From Bacilli bacterium (GTDB lineage: Bacteria; Bacillota_I; Bacilli_A; RFN20; CAG-826), in assembly GCA_045116995.1 (NCBI GenBank), contig JBGUMU010000034.1, positions 15,854 to 79,853 on the forward strand: a DNA stretch of 64,000 nt, written 5' to 3'. Below are positions 41,075-50,778 of the stretch, piece by piece. A program made the position numbers and the translations under genes. The notes under the pieces were generated by a model, which saw nothing but the letters and a program-made list of their open reading frames with translations, did not search any database and was not told where the DNA came from. Each line of letters begins with the position of its first letter. Position 1 is the stretch's first letter.

Positions 41075-41944
41075 ATGTACACTTTATATACTGATACTGA
41101 TACCGATATCACGCCAGAAGTAGCGGCTAGATACGGTTACAAACTTATTTCTATGCCTTATACAATCAACGGACAAGAAATTCGTCCATATGTTGATTTT
41201 AAGGAATTTGACTACAAAGCTTTCTATAACCAATTAAGAGCGGGTACTATTCCAACCACAAGCGCTCTTTCTCCGGTTGAATACATCAATTACTTCGAAC
41301 CAGAATTTGCCGCGGGCAATGACATTTTATATGTTCACTTCTCCGCTGCGATGTCTGCAACATTTAATTCCCTCCGTTTAGCAATGGAAGAATTGTCTGA
41401 AAAATACCCAGAAAGAAAACTTACCCTTATCGATACCAAAGGTATCACCTTAGGTAGTTATAATATCTGCTTAAGTATTGGTGAGATGTATAAGAATGGT
41501 GCTTCCATTGAAGAAATCCAAAAATGGGCGGCTACTGAAGTTGATAAGACAGCCTTCTACTTCTATGCTGATGACTTAAAGTTCTTCGGTAAAAGTGGTC
41601 GTGTCTCTGGCTTTGCGGCTTTCTTTGGTAACATCATTGGTTTAAAACCAATCATCTATATTGGTGAAGATGGTAAGATGGCTACTAAAGATAAATGTCG
41701 TGGTCGTAAACAAACATTACAAAAACTCTTACAATACGTTATCGATTTAGAAGACGACATTAAAGGTCATAGAGTGATTATCGCTCATACAGACGCCTTA
41801 GAAATCGCTGAAGAATTTGGTAATATGCTTAAAGCTCACTTCGGTCAAGACCTTAACATTGAATACGAAGTGGTGAATCCAACCGCTGGTAGTCACTGTG
41901 GCCCAAACGCGATGGGCGTTAGCTTCCACGCCAAACATCGATAA
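41075..41944 (+). CDS. DegV-family fatty-acid-binding protein
   Basis: 289 aa. The overall DegV pattern is present (TDTDTDITPE.., TTSALSP, GSHCGPNAMGVSF at the C-terminus). Confidence 0.88.
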   Translation: MYTLYTDTDTDITPEVAARYGYKLISMPYTINGQEIRPYVDFKEFDYKAFYNQLRAGTIPTTSALSPVEYINYFEPEFAAGNDILYVHFSAAMSATFNSLRLAMEELSEKYPERKLTLIDTKGITLGSYNICLSIGEMYKNGASIEEIQKWAATEVDKTAFYFYADDLKFFGKSGRVSGFAAFFGNIIGLKPIIYIGEDGKMATKDKCRGRKQTLQKLLQYVIDLEDDIKGHRVIIAHTDALEIAEEFGNMLKAHFGQDLNIEYEVVNPTAGSHCGPNAMGVSFHAKHR

Positions 41945-41950
41945 GAGAAC

Positions 41951-41972
41951 GGCGCTAAGCGCCTTTCTTTTT
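41951..41972 (+). terminator. Rho-independent terminator
   Basis: GGCGC-taa-GCGCC followed by TTTCTTTTT. Confidence 0.7.
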
Positions 41973-42001
41973 ACTCATAAAACCGATATTATTATTTTGT
42001 T

Positions 42002-42556
42002 ATGCAAAGATTAATTATTATCACTGGTGATTTAGCCGCAGGTAAATCAACCTTAGCCGCTTCTTTAAGCCAAGTCTTAGGTATGCCTTTTCTTACTAAA
42101 GACGCCTTAAAGGAAATCGCTTGTGATGTTATCGGTTATCAAAACCGTCAAGAGAATCGCTTACTTTCAGTAACAGCGACGCAAGATATGATCTATTTCT
42201 TTAAGCAATGTGCTTTAGTGAATAATGATTTAATCTTGGAAGCAAACTTTAGAACAGACGAATTAAACGAAATTAAAAGAATTGCTGAAGAATATAACTA
42301 TCAAACAGTTTTACTCGTTTTAACAGGCGATATTCCATTACTCTACCAAAGATTCTTAGATAGATTACCAACTAGACACATCGCTCATCGTTCTTTAAAC
42401 CTAGATTATTCTTTAGAACGTTTTACAGATTATATTAACGAATTGAGGAATCAAGACTTTGTCTTCACTCCTAATTATTTAGATATGTCTAATCTTGATG
42501 AAGATGAAGTGACAGAAGAAGCACTTCAAATCATCAATGATGAACTAGGGGAATAA
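42002..42556 (+). CDS. P-loop kinase-like protein (AAA_33 or chloramphenicol-phosphotransferase-like)
   Basis: IIITGDLAAGKSTLA is a Walker A motif at the extreme N-terminus. 184 aa. Confidence 0.55.
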   Translation: MQRLIIITGDLAAGKSTLAASLSQVLGMPFLTKDALKEIACDVIGYQNRQENRLLSVTATQDMIYFFKQCALVNNDLILEANFRTDELNEIKRIAEEYNYQTVLLVLTGDIPLLYQRFLDRLPTRHIAHRSLNLDYSLERFTDYINELRNQDFVFTPNYLDMSNLDEDEVTEEALQIINDELGE

Positions 42557-42557
42557 T

Positions 42558-43760
42558 ATGCAATCAATTAGAGAAGTCTTTTATATCGGTCATGGTCCTA
42601 GTTCTTCACACACCATCGGACCCACAAACGCTGTTAAATATATTCTCGATAAATATCAAGATATCGCTAGTGTCAAAGTCACATTATGCGGTTCTTTAGC
42701 CTCGACTGGTAAAGGTCACTTAACTGACTACATCATTGATAAGTATTTAAAAGGTGTTAACCATCGTGTTGTTTTTGATACTAGAAAAAGAGTCAAACAT
42801 CCTAATACGATGATCTTTGAAACTACCTTAACCAATAATGAAGTAAAGAAAGATGTTATCGTCTCTATCGGTGGTGGTGTTATCACCATCAATAACGAAA
42901 AGAAGCAAGACGATAATGATTTATATCCACATCATACCTTATCCGAGATTATGGCGTACTGCCGTGATTTTGGCTATTCGTTATGGGAATATGTTCTTTA
43001 TCACGAAGGGGATGAAATACTTTCCTATATCGATAAGATTTACCAAATGATTAAGGATGAAATCGCTAGAGGTATTTACACTGATGGTGAACTTCCTGGT
43101 GAATTACACGTTAAAAGAAAAGCTAAAGTCATGTATGAAAATATGCTTAAAGAACATAAGGAAGATGATATTCAAACAAACGTCGCTATTGCGTCATTTG
43201 CCGCGAGTGAAGAAAATGCTGCGGGTGGCGTAATTGTCGTTGCCCCTACCTGTGGTAGTGCGGGTGTTATTCCTGGCGTTGTTAAATATTTAGAAATGAA
43301 GAAAGTCCCTTACGATGACATCCGCAAAGGTTTCTTAGTAGCGGGTCTTATTGGCTTGTTAGCCAAAAGTAATGCCTCCATCTCAGGTGCGGAAGCAGGC
43401 TGCCAAGCAGAGATAGGTGTGGCATGCGCGATGGGTGCGGCTATGATAGCGACAGCGCTTGGTTATGAATATAAAAAGATTGCCCAATCCGCTGAAGTAG
43501 CGTTAGAGCACTCTTTAGGCTTAACTTGTGACCCTGTTAAAGGCTATGTTCAAATCCCATGTATTGAAAGATGCGCGATATTCGCGCTTAAAGCAATTAA
43601 TGCCGCTTCTATCGTTGGCATCTTACCAATCGAAGCTTCTAAAGTTACTTTTGATGAATCGCTATTAACAATGTATCTAACCGGTAAGGATTTACATGCT
43701 GGATATAGAGAAACAGCGAAAAAGGGTTTATCAAAGGTCATGAAAAAGAAAATAAATTAG
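42558..43760 (+). CDS. sdaA: L-serine ammonia-lyase (iron-sulfur dependent, single-chain)
   Basis: GHGPSSSHTIGP, APTCGSAGVIPG and CDPVKGYVQIPCIERCA carry the Fe-S ligand cysteines. Confidence 0.9.
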   Translation: MQSIREVFYIGHGPSSSHTIGPTNAVKYILDKYQDIASVKVTLCGSLASTGKGHLTDYIIDKYLKGVNHRVVFDTRKRVKHPNTMIFETTLTNNEVKKDVIVSIGGGVITINNEKKQDDNDLYPHHTLSEIMAYCRDFGYSLWEYVLYHEGDEILSYIDKIYQMIKDEIARGIYTDGELPGELHVKRKAKVMYENMLKEHKEDDIQTNVAIASFAASEENAAGGVIVVAPTCGSAGVIPGVVKYLEMKKVPYDDIRKGFLVAGLIGLLAKSNASISGAEAGCQAEIGVACAMGAAMIATALGYEYKKIAQSAEVALEHSLGLTCDPVKGYVQIPCIERCAIFALKAINAASIVGILPIEASKVTFDESLLTMYLTGKDLHAGYRETAKKGLSKVMKKKIN

Positions 43761-43834
43761 TGTATTTATTAACATTTCAACAAAATGTTATAGAATGATT
43801 ATGGTATCGAATTATTTAGAAAGGAAGATTAGAT

Positions 43835-45196
43835 ATGTATCGTAAAAATGCTTGGTTAAAGTATAAAGACACAAAACCAGTCATGGACTTCAACGAAGGC
43901 TATAAAGATTTCATCACTGTCGCTAAGAATGAAAGATTAGCGGTCCGTGAAGCTGAAAAGTTATTAAAGGCCAATGGCTTTAAAAACGCTGAAGAAGTTA
44001 AATCCGTTAAAGCGGGTGACCGTGTCTATTTCATTAACAAAAAGAAAAATGTTGCCGCCTTCATTATCGGCAAAGAACCAATTGAAAATGGTTTAAGAAT
44101 CTTAGGAGCCCACATTGACTCCCCACGTTTAGACTTAAAAGAACACCCATTCTATGAGGCCAAAGGCTTTGCCTTAGGTGACACTCACTACTATGGTGGC
44201 ATTAAGAAATATCAATGGACAACCATCCCACTAGCCTTAATCGGTGTGGTTTGTAAGAAAGATGGTACAGTTGTTGATATTAATATCGGTGATGATCCAA
44301 AAGATCCTATCGTTGGTATTACAGATTTATTAATTCACTTATCCGCTGACCAAATGGCTAAAACCTTAGCAAAAGCTATCGAAGGCGAAAACCTTGATAT
44401 CACTTTAGGTTCTATGCCATTAAATGATGAAGACAAAGAACCAGTTAAGGCCAATGTCTTACGTTTATTAAAAGAAAAATATGACATTGATGAAGAAGAC
44501 TTCATCTCTGCGGAAATCGAAATCGTTCCAGCTGGTGCTGCTAGAGACTATGGTCTAGATAGAAGCATGGTGGCTGGTTATGGCCATGATGATAGAAGCT
44601 GTGCTTATACATCCTTAATGGCCTTATTAGACACTAAGAAAGTTAATAAAACCGCTTGCTGTATCTTAGTTGATAAAGAAGAAATCGGTTCAGTTGGTGC
44701 CACAGGTGCTCAATCCTTATTCTTTGAAAACGCAATTGCTAAACTTCTCGCTTTAGCGGGTAGTGACCACCCATTATGGGCTGCAAGACTTGCAATGGAA
44801 AATAGTGAAATGTTATCTTCTGATGTCAGTGCGGGTTATGACCCATTATATGCATCCGTCAGTGATCCAAAGAACGTTGCTTATTTAGGTGAAGGCTTAG
44901 TCTTCAATAAATATACAGGTGCACGTGGTAAATCTGGTTCTAACGATTCCATGCCAGAATACTATGCATTCATTAGAAAAGTCATGGATGACGCTAATGT
45001 TAACTGGCAAAATGCTGAACTTGGTAAAGTTGACCAAGGTGGTGGTGGTACAATCGCCTACATCTTAGGTAACTACAATATGAAAGTGATTGACGCTGGT
45101 ATTCCAGTGCTCAACATGCACGCTCCAATGGAAATCGTTTCCAAAGTTGATGTTTACGAGGCGTACTTAGGTTATAAGGCATTCCTCGTCGCATAA
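43835..45196 (+). CDS. M18-family aminopeptidase
   Basis: GAHIDSPRLDLK, GYGHDDRSC, DKEEIGS and NMHAPMEI match the M18 metal and catalytic boxes. Confidence 0.85.
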   Translation: MYRKNAWLKYKDTKPVMDFNEGYKDFITVAKNERLAVREAEKLLKANGFKNAEEVKSVKAGDRVYFINKKKNVAAFIIGKEPIENGLRILGAHIDSPRLDLKEHPFYEAKGFALGDTHYYGGIKKYQWTTIPLALIGVVCKKDGTVVDINIGDDPKDPIVGITDLLIHLSADQMAKTLAKAIEGENLDITLGSMPLNDEDKEPVKANVLRLLKEKYDIDEEDFISAEIEIVPAGAARDYGLDRSMVAGYGHDDRSCAYTSLMALLDTKKVNKTACCILVDKEEIGSVGATGAQSLFFENAIAKLLALAGSDHPLWAARLAMENSEMLSSDVSAGYDPLYASVSDPKNVAYLGEGLVFNKYTGARGKSGSNDSMPEYYAFIRKVMDDANVNWQNAELGKVDQGGGGTIAYILGNYNMKVIDAGIPVLNMHAPMEIVSKVDVYEAYLGYKAFLVA

Positions 45197-45222
45197 AAAC
45201 ATAATGTAAAGGAGAAAGAATT

Positions 45223-45450
45223 ATGGGCTATGTAAAATGGATGGAAGGCTTATCCAAAGTGCTCAAAATTGTCTTCTGTATCTTCTACTTAGACTTAACT
45301 TGGATGGTCTATCGTATCATTAAGAAAGTCAACGAGAAGAACTGGGCAATGATGGTTGTTTGGATTCTTATCGCCGTCTTCCTTGGCTGGATCTGGTGGG
45401 TCGTTGACCTCATCACAATGATCACAAGCGAAAAAGTCATTGAATTCTAA
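45223..45450 (+). CDS. Small two-TM membrane protein
   Basis: 75 aa with two hydrophobic helices. GGAGAAAG RBS upstream. Confidence 0.55.
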   Translation: MGYVKWMEGLSKVLKIVFCIFYLDLTWMVYRIIKKVNEKNWAMMVVWILIAVFLGWIWWVVDLITMITSEKVIEF

Positions 45451-45456
45451 TCAAAG

Positions 45457-45503
45457 AAATATCCCGTTTATGCAAACTCTGTATAAGCGGGGTATTTTTT
45501 TCT
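45457..45503 (+). terminator. Rho-independent terminator
   Basis: AATATCCCG (45458-45466) pairs with CGGGGTATT (45488-45496) with one G-U pair, followed by TTTTTT. Confidence 0.7.
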
Positions 45504-45557
45504 TGCTAAAAGACTTTGACAATACCATATAAAAATATTATTATATTTAAGCAATTT

Positions 45558-45635
45558 GGCGGGTGTGGTGAAGAGGCCTAACACACCTGGCTGTGAACCA
45601 GGCATTCGCCAGTTCGAATCTGGTCACTCGCCCCA
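45558..45635 (+). tRNA. tRNA-His (anticodon GUG) with encoded G-1 and CCA
   Basis: G-1 then the GCGGGTG acceptor pairing with CACTCGC. C73 lies opposite G-1. Anticodon stem-loop CCTGG-CTGTGAA-CCAGG. T-loop TTCGAAT. 3' CCA present. Confidence 0.93.
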
Positions 45636-45689
45636 AACTTAAATTTTATCGAAAGCGGTCTCCCGCAAATCGATACACTAAATTTGCAA

Positions 45690-45718
45690 AAAAATGACTG
45701 TCGAAAGTCATTTTTTTC
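45690..45718 (+). terminator. Terminator after tRNA-His
   Basis: AAAAAATGACT-gtcgaa-AGTCATTTTTTT. Confidence 0.75.
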
Positions 45719-45831
45719 TTATTTAATCAATATTTTTGTGTTTTTTAAATATGAAACATATTAAAATGTATCAAAAAGTGTAGGTTTTCGATGGCTTGTT
45801 TTAAAAGTTATCTCTGCATCGAGGAAATGTT

Positions 45832-46920
45832 ATGAAAACTATTATTTATGAGATTGGACAAAAACGTGATAGGTTATTAAAGTTATTTATTTCATCTATC
45901 GTTTTGGCTTTTTCGGTTGGTCTGATAGCGAATTACTGCTGTAATCCAAGCCCTGATAATGTTTGGGCTTTATGGGTAGGATGCGGCATTATTGCTGTCG
46001 TATTTGTTATTTATATCATCTATCGTATTGTAAATAGGAAAAGGGTTTTTGCTTTTAAGGGCACATTTGCATATGACGAGAATAAAAATATGGTGTCTTT
46101 GCCTCGCTATGGTGCTTCTATTGGAATCGCAACCGCTATGAGAGATGCTTTTGCAGAAAATGATGCACTCAAACAATTATGGTTGGGTGGAAAATCATCA
46201 GATCCGTCAGATGCGAAAGAAAATGAAAAAGATTCTCGTGATTTGCTCATAGAAGCAATTGAATTTTGCCTATTAGACAAGTTATCTGTAACTACAACCG
46301 ATTTCTTTAATGGAACTAAGTCAAAGTATTCAGAAGTCTACGAAGGCGAGAAATTGTCTACTCTTATCTTAAATAATAGATTTATCAAATTATTCTCGGA
46401 ACCGATGGAAAATAGAACAGCCTTCAACTCAATTAAGAAGAATAAAATAAAAGGGCGAGGAGAAGTAATTGCTGTTTACACCAATTCAGGAAGGTATCAA
46501 AAGTTTGAATTTAATTTGCCAAAAGGAGCAAAGATAAGCAAACCGAACAAAAAAACTGTTGTTTTTGATTTCAAATTTTTCAAATTATCTATTTCAATTG
46601 AACCCAAGGATTATACAGCAAATGTTCCAATTGATTTTATTAAGTACTACGTTGGCTTAAAAGATGACTGGCGAAAGCTTACGTGCAAATCATTTATAGT
46701 AAATATAGGAATTAGTGAAAAAACGAAGTCGATCTTCTATCCGTTTAAAAAGAAAGAATATCAGTGGATTGATAACTATTTAAACAATATGTTGGATTAT
46801 CTTAGTTTTAATCACTTTTTGGAAACTATTAATTGGAATGCTTTACAAGCACAATTGACAATTGACCAAAACGCAGCAAAAGTGGCGCCAAAAGATAACA
46901 ATCAGAAAGAGCAAGCATAA
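45832..46920 (+). CDS. Hypothetical protein with two N-terminal TM helices
   Basis: 362-aa ORF. TMs LFISSIVLAFSVGLIANYC and ALWVGCGIIAVVFVIYIIY. No catalytic motif recognised. Confidence 0.55.
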   Translation: MKTIIYEIGQKRDRLLKLFISSIVLAFSVGLIANYCCNPSPDNVWALWVGCGIIAVVFVIYIIYRIVNRKRVFAFKGTFAYDENKNMVSLPRYGASIGIATAMRDAFAENDALKQLWLGGKSSDPSDAKENEKDSRDLLIEAIEFCLLDKLSVTTTDFFNGTKSKYSEVYEGEKLSTLILNNRFIKLFSEPMENRTAFNSIKKNKIKGRGEVIAVYTNSGRYQKFEFNLPKGAKISKPNKKTVVFDFKFFKLSISIEPKDYTANVPIDFIKYYVGLKDDWRKLTCKSFIVNIGISEKTKSIFYPFKKKEYQWIDNYLNNMLDYLSFNHFLETINWNALQAQLTIDQNAAKVAPKDNNQKEQA

Positions 46921-46935
46921 ATCTTTGAAATTGTA

Positions 46936-46966
46936 AAAACGGCAGTTAGTAAATTGCCGTTTTTTG
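46936..46966 (+). terminator. Rho-independent terminator
   Basis: AAAACGGCA-N11-TGCCGTTTT followed by TT. Confidence 0.8.
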
Positions 46967-47083
46967 TTTATTAATTACTATTTACGTAAGTTGCAATTTG
47001 CCACTTATGAGTTGAATGTGCTTTTTAACGATTTACTGCCTTATTTATCATTTGCTACTATATACGAGGCGAGGAACAAACAT

Positions 47084-48091
47084 ATGAACTACTCAGAAAA
47101 GATTTACGAACTCCGTAGAAGGGAGAACATTTCCCAAGAAGCTTTAGCCGCATCTGTGGGTACAACTAGACAACAAGTCTCAAGATGGGAATGCGGTAGC
47201 GCAGTACCTAATCCTAAATATTCATACGCGTTAGCGGCATACTTTGGCTGTACTGTGGAAGAACTATATGGTGAAAAAGTTGAAGAAGACCAAAAAGAGA
47301 AAGAGGATGTCATAAAAGATAAATCTGGTTTCCACTTTGGTAACGCTTCTTTATTTATTTCTATCTTCTCTATTATCAGCTATATTCTTTCCGTCGTATT
47401 AGTTGGCATTTGTGTGCACGCAGTTAATTACGCTAAATCGATGTACATCCTGACGGAAAATAGCGAAGGTGGTACGGATAAAATCAATATCCTTAACGAT
47501 TATTCCAAGTTTTTAGAAAACGTCTCATTCGCGGTAAAAATATGGGTTATTGCCTCACTCGCATTATGCTTAATCACATTAATTATCTTGTTTGCCCGTT
47601 ATATTAGTAAATCAAAGAATAAGATTGCCCGTTCTGATTTATTTGATCCATTTATCGCTGCTTTAACATTTGTTATTGGTTCTTTAGTGGCGGGTATCAT
47701 TTTCACATCATTCCCTCCATATGAAGAACGTTCAATCGGTTATATCATCGGCTATGCCGCTGTAATATATCTTGTTTCATTACATCTTTCCGATGTTCTT
47801 ATCACATTAATTAGAATGCCTTTACGTCCATTATTAAAGAAAGCATTTGTCTTAACTCCTTGGAAAGGCACAATTAGAACAACAGAAATAGTGTATGTTT
47901 CTCTTGCGGTCACATTCTTACTTGCTATTGTGATTTATGTTGCCGTAACTTTCCCATACACAATCTTTACATTCTTAAATATTGTCCCAATCATTCTATT
48001 AATTGGTTATTTCCTCTTTGCTGGTGTTTCCTTATTAGTGCACTTCTTATACTGCTATTCTCCTTTCGGAAGAGAAGAGAAAAAGATCTAA
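47084..48091 (+). CDS. XRE-family HTH protein fused to a polytopic membrane domain
   Basis: IYELRRRENISQEALAASVGTTRQQVSRWECGSAVPN is a Cro/C1-type HTH. It is followed by at least 6 hydrophobic helices. ATG 47084 is preferred over the upstream extension. Confidence 0.75.
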   Translation: MNYSEKIYELRRRENISQEALAASVGTTRQQVSRWECGSAVPNPKYSYALAAYFGCTVEELYGEKVEEDQKEKEDVIKDKSGFHFGNASLFISIFSIISYILSVVLVGICVHAVNYAKSMYILTENSEGGTDKINILNDYSKFLENVSFAVKIWVIASLALCLITLIILFARYISKSKNKIARSDLFDPFIAALTFVIGSLVAGIIFTSFPPYEERSIGYIIGYAAVIYLVSLHLSDVLITLIRMPLRPLLKKAFVLTPWKGTIRTTEIVYVSLAVTFLLAIVIYVAVTFPYTIFTFLNIVPIILLIGYFLFAGVSLLVHFLYCYSPFGREEKKI

Positions 48092-48115
48092 TTACTAATT
48101 GCGGAACAGTCGCGC

Positions 48116-50113
48116 TTATGAGTTGGTTTTAGCGAGATTATATAACGTTTCGTTATCATAGAAATAATCTCTTGGTAAAGAAATATCAACTTGCACACCA
48201 TCATCTGGGTGGGTGCTTGGATCGTCTTTAAAACCCGCTCTAGGAGCAATACCTGAAATACGGAAAATCTTTCCATCTGGAGTAGCGGTGATATATGAAT
48301 TAGTGGCACCGCCTGCGGTATTTTCGCCAACAATAGTGGCGCAGCCATTCTCTTTTGCGATATGTGGGAACCAAGTTGCACAGCTAAAAGACAAAGCAGA
48401 AGTCAAAATAAAGAAATGATATTTATTAGCGAGACAATCATCTTCATCAAATTTCTTGTCCAAATTAGTGTCTACTTTATATGAATGAGAAACTGAGTTT
48501 TTAGTTAAAGCGCAGTAAGTAGTTAATTCAACGTTTTCAGTCAAAAAACCTAATATGCCAATGGCAGATGTGACACCGCCACCAGTATTACATGTTAAAT
48601 CGAAATAAATATTTTTAATGCCATCCCTTTTATTGATTTTCTTCATGCAAGAATAGACCATAGCAAAACTATCATAATTCACTAATTGTTCGGCGACATT
48701 ATCAGTCATTTCATATGGATAATACATGAAATTATCAAAAGTAATAATCGCAGTATCAACATAATATCTAAGAGTTGGCACATTTCTACCTAAAGCACTT
48801 AATCTTCTTGCAAGTAAATCCTCTTGATTGTCTATTAAACCATAGTAGCGGTCACTTAAATAACCCCCTCTAGTAAATGTTGATTCTCCACACGCACTAG
48901 CGTTATTACCTGCGCTTGAATGGCAATCACCAATGACGTAGTTGATGATTTTTTCAACAGCTTGGCAATAGAACGTTTCGTTATCACTCTTTAAGTTATT
49001 AACGATATCTGGATGATTCTTTGTTAAATAATCATTAAAGTCATTAATTCGACAATCCATAAAACCATATGAATGGTCTAAATGGAACATTAAAGAATTA
49101 TAGTTATATTCTCTAAAGTCGTAATTATTTCTTGCGTTTTTAAAACGGTAATCGCCTTTATGGAAATCTTTTTCAAAAGATGTGCCAACATAATTCACTG
49201 CGACCGCACCTTTTGAAAAATCCAATATATAGAAGGCTGTACCATTAAAGTTACAACTAGCCCAATAGCAAATGTTAAATGTGATTGAGTTAACAATAGA
49301 AAATGGCAGATAGAAATCATCGTTATATTTATAGATATCTAAGTGATATTTATCTAAATCAAAAATGACATCTTCTGCTCCTTGATAGGTGATGTAATTT
49401 TCTTTAATATGCGTGTCAATTGTATCATTAGTCATGTGGAAGACGTTTCTATCACTTCCTTCAGCACCAATCATGTAATCAAAATTGTGCACTGTGATAG
49501 AGTTCTCGACATGATCAACGGTAAAGATGATATCGTATGGGCATGTATATGTAATCTTATTACCTTCTTTAACAATTTGAACGCCATCATATATAGTGGA
49601 TAACGCCATTTCTAAAGACATATAAGGAATAAAGGTGTTTTCATCTTTAATTGCATATTCTAAATCGCAGGCTTTATATGATACACAATCGTTTCTATTA
49701 CTGGTATATACCGGAATATATAAAGACGCAGACATTAAGGCAAAGTTAACTGGCGGTTCAATATGCGAGCTACTAGAACTAGATGAAGAACTAGATGTGC
49801 TGCTGCTTGAAGATAAACTAGAGCTAGAAGAAATAATACTACTTGAACTACTTATTGAAGAACTACTAGAACTCGAAACACTGCTAGAAGAACTAGAACT
49901 GCTTGTTGAAGAAGATGAACTTGAGCTTGATGAGCTACTGCTAGAAGAACTAGAAGTAGTGCTGCTACTTTCTTCACTTGATGTGCTTTCACTAGAACTT
50001 GTGCTAGTTAAAGAATCACTTGATGAACTACTAGAGATAGACGAACTAGGTGTAGTGTTACAGGAAGCGATGGTGAGTACAAATAGTATAGGAACAATCT
50101 TACTTATTTTCAT
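48116..50113 (-). CDS. Lipoprotein with ~94-aa poly-Ser linker and peptidase-S41-like C-terminal domain
   Basis: Lipobox LTIASC. The Ser-rich tract covers aa 23-116. The C-terminal block TCNTGGGVT...ILTSALSFSCATWFPHIAKENGCATIVGENTAGGA parallels 38538-40379. Confidence 0.6.
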   Translation of the reverse strand: MKISKIVPILFVLTIASCNTTPSSSISSSSSSDSLTSTSSSESTSSEESSSTTSSSSSSSSSSSSSSSSTSSSSSSSSVSSSSSSSISSSSSIISSSSSLSSSSSTSSSSSSSSSSHIEPPVNFALMSASLYIPVYTSNRNDCVSYKACDLEYAIKDENTFIPYMSLEMALSTIYDGVQIVKEGNKITYTCPYDIIFTVDHVENSITVHNFDYMIGAEGSDRNVFHMTNDTIDTHIKENYITYQGAEDVIFDLDKYHLDIYKYNDDFYLPFSIVNSITFNICYWASCNFNGTAFYILDFSKGAVAVNYVGTSFEKDFHKGDYRFKNARNNYDFREYNYNSLMFHLDHSYGFMDCRINDFNDYLTKNHPDIVNNLKSDNETFYCQAVEKIINYVIGDCHSSAGNNASACGESTFTRGGYLSDRYYGLIDNQEDLLARRLSALGRNVPTLRYYVDTAIITFDNFMYYPYEMTDNVAEQLVNYDSFAMVYSCMKKINKRDGIKNIYFDLTCNTGGGVTSAIGILGFLTENVELTTYCALTKNSVSHSYKVDTNLDKKFDEDDCLANKYHFFILTSALSFSCATWFPHIAKENGCATIVGENTAGGATNSYITATPDGKIFRISGIAPRAGFKDDPSTHPDDGVQVDISLPRDYFYDNETLYNLAKTNS
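49766..50047 (-). repeat. Low-complexity poly-serine coding tract
   Basis: The run is almost entirely Ser with occasional T/E/I/L/V/D, encoded by mixed AGC/AGT/TCT/TCA codons. Confidence 0.9.
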
Positions 50114-50149
50114 TTGTGGAAATAATATACCAGTGAAATAAAAATGTAT

Positions 50150-50190
50150 AGCAAAAAATAAAAAATCTAACCATGACGGCTAGACTTTTT
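50150..50190 (-). terminator. Terminator after queT (minus strand)
   Basis: CTAACC (50167-50172) pairs with GGCTAG (50178-50183) with one mismatch. On the minus strand it is followed by ATTTTTTATTTTTT. Confidence 0.5.
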
Positions 50191-50210
50191 TACACTTTTA
50201 AGATTTTTGT

Positions 50211-50777
50211 TTACCACTTATAGTCTGTGTTTCTTGTGGCTAAGACACTCTTATAGAATGATTTATTCTTTTTACTTAATACTAGTATTAATGGATAACC
50301 AACACACATGATACAAACAAACTCACCTAAGAAGACACCACCAAACATAGTGAAGTATGTAGTGAGATTTAATTCCACCGCATCTGGTGTACCAATACAT
50401 GAATAATAAATAACTAATGGAATAACAATCGCATTAGCGAGGCATGGAATTAATCCAGAGGTGAATAAGTTCTTAACGAATCTAGAATACACAATCATGA
50501 TTAAACAAGACACTAATGTGGTTAAGGTACCAAAGATAATATCAAGTGGACCAACAGTGGAGGCTAAGTTAGCAAGTAAGCAGCCTAATGTTAAACCAAT
50601 AGTGTAGCTAGGATTAAAGAACACTAATAAGTTAAATAGTTCACTAATTCTAAACTGTGACCACTCATAGGCTAATGGGCCACAGGCAATAGTGATAGCA
50701 GCGTATAAGGCGGCAATCATGCCGTTAACGCATATTGTTTTGACATCGAAGTATTTTGCTAGGGTGTTTGTTTTCAT
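50211..50777 (-). CDS. queT: QueT-family queuosine-precursor transporter (ECF S-component-like)
   Basis: AAITIACGPLAYEWSQFRISELFNLLVFFNP carries the QFRISE box typical of QueT. About 5 TMs, 188 aa. Confidence 0.75.
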   Translation of the reverse strand: MKTNTLAKYFDVKTICVNGMIAALYAAITIACGPLAYEWSQFRISELFNLLVFFNPSYTIGLTLGCLLANLASTVGPLDIIFGTLTTLVSCLIMIVYSRFVKNLFTSGLIPCLANAIVIPLVIYYSCIGTPDAVELNLTTYFTMFGGVFLGEFVCIMCVGYPLILVLSKKNKSFYKSVLATRNTDYKW

Positions 50778-50778
50778 G

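Noticed and set aside
45636-48115. Integrated mobile element at tRNA-His
   Set aside because: There is no integrase, recombinase, transposase or phage genes, and I did not see a repeat of the tRNA 3' end. It is kept only as a low-interest possibility in the findings.
49635-50141. 168-aa plus-strand ORF rich in Leu/Glu (LELDEELDVLLLEDKLELEE..)
   Set aside because: It is the antisense reading of the poly-Ser tract of the 48116-50113 lipoprotein gene. Its low-complexity composition mirrors the Ser codons. There is no RBS and no independent support.
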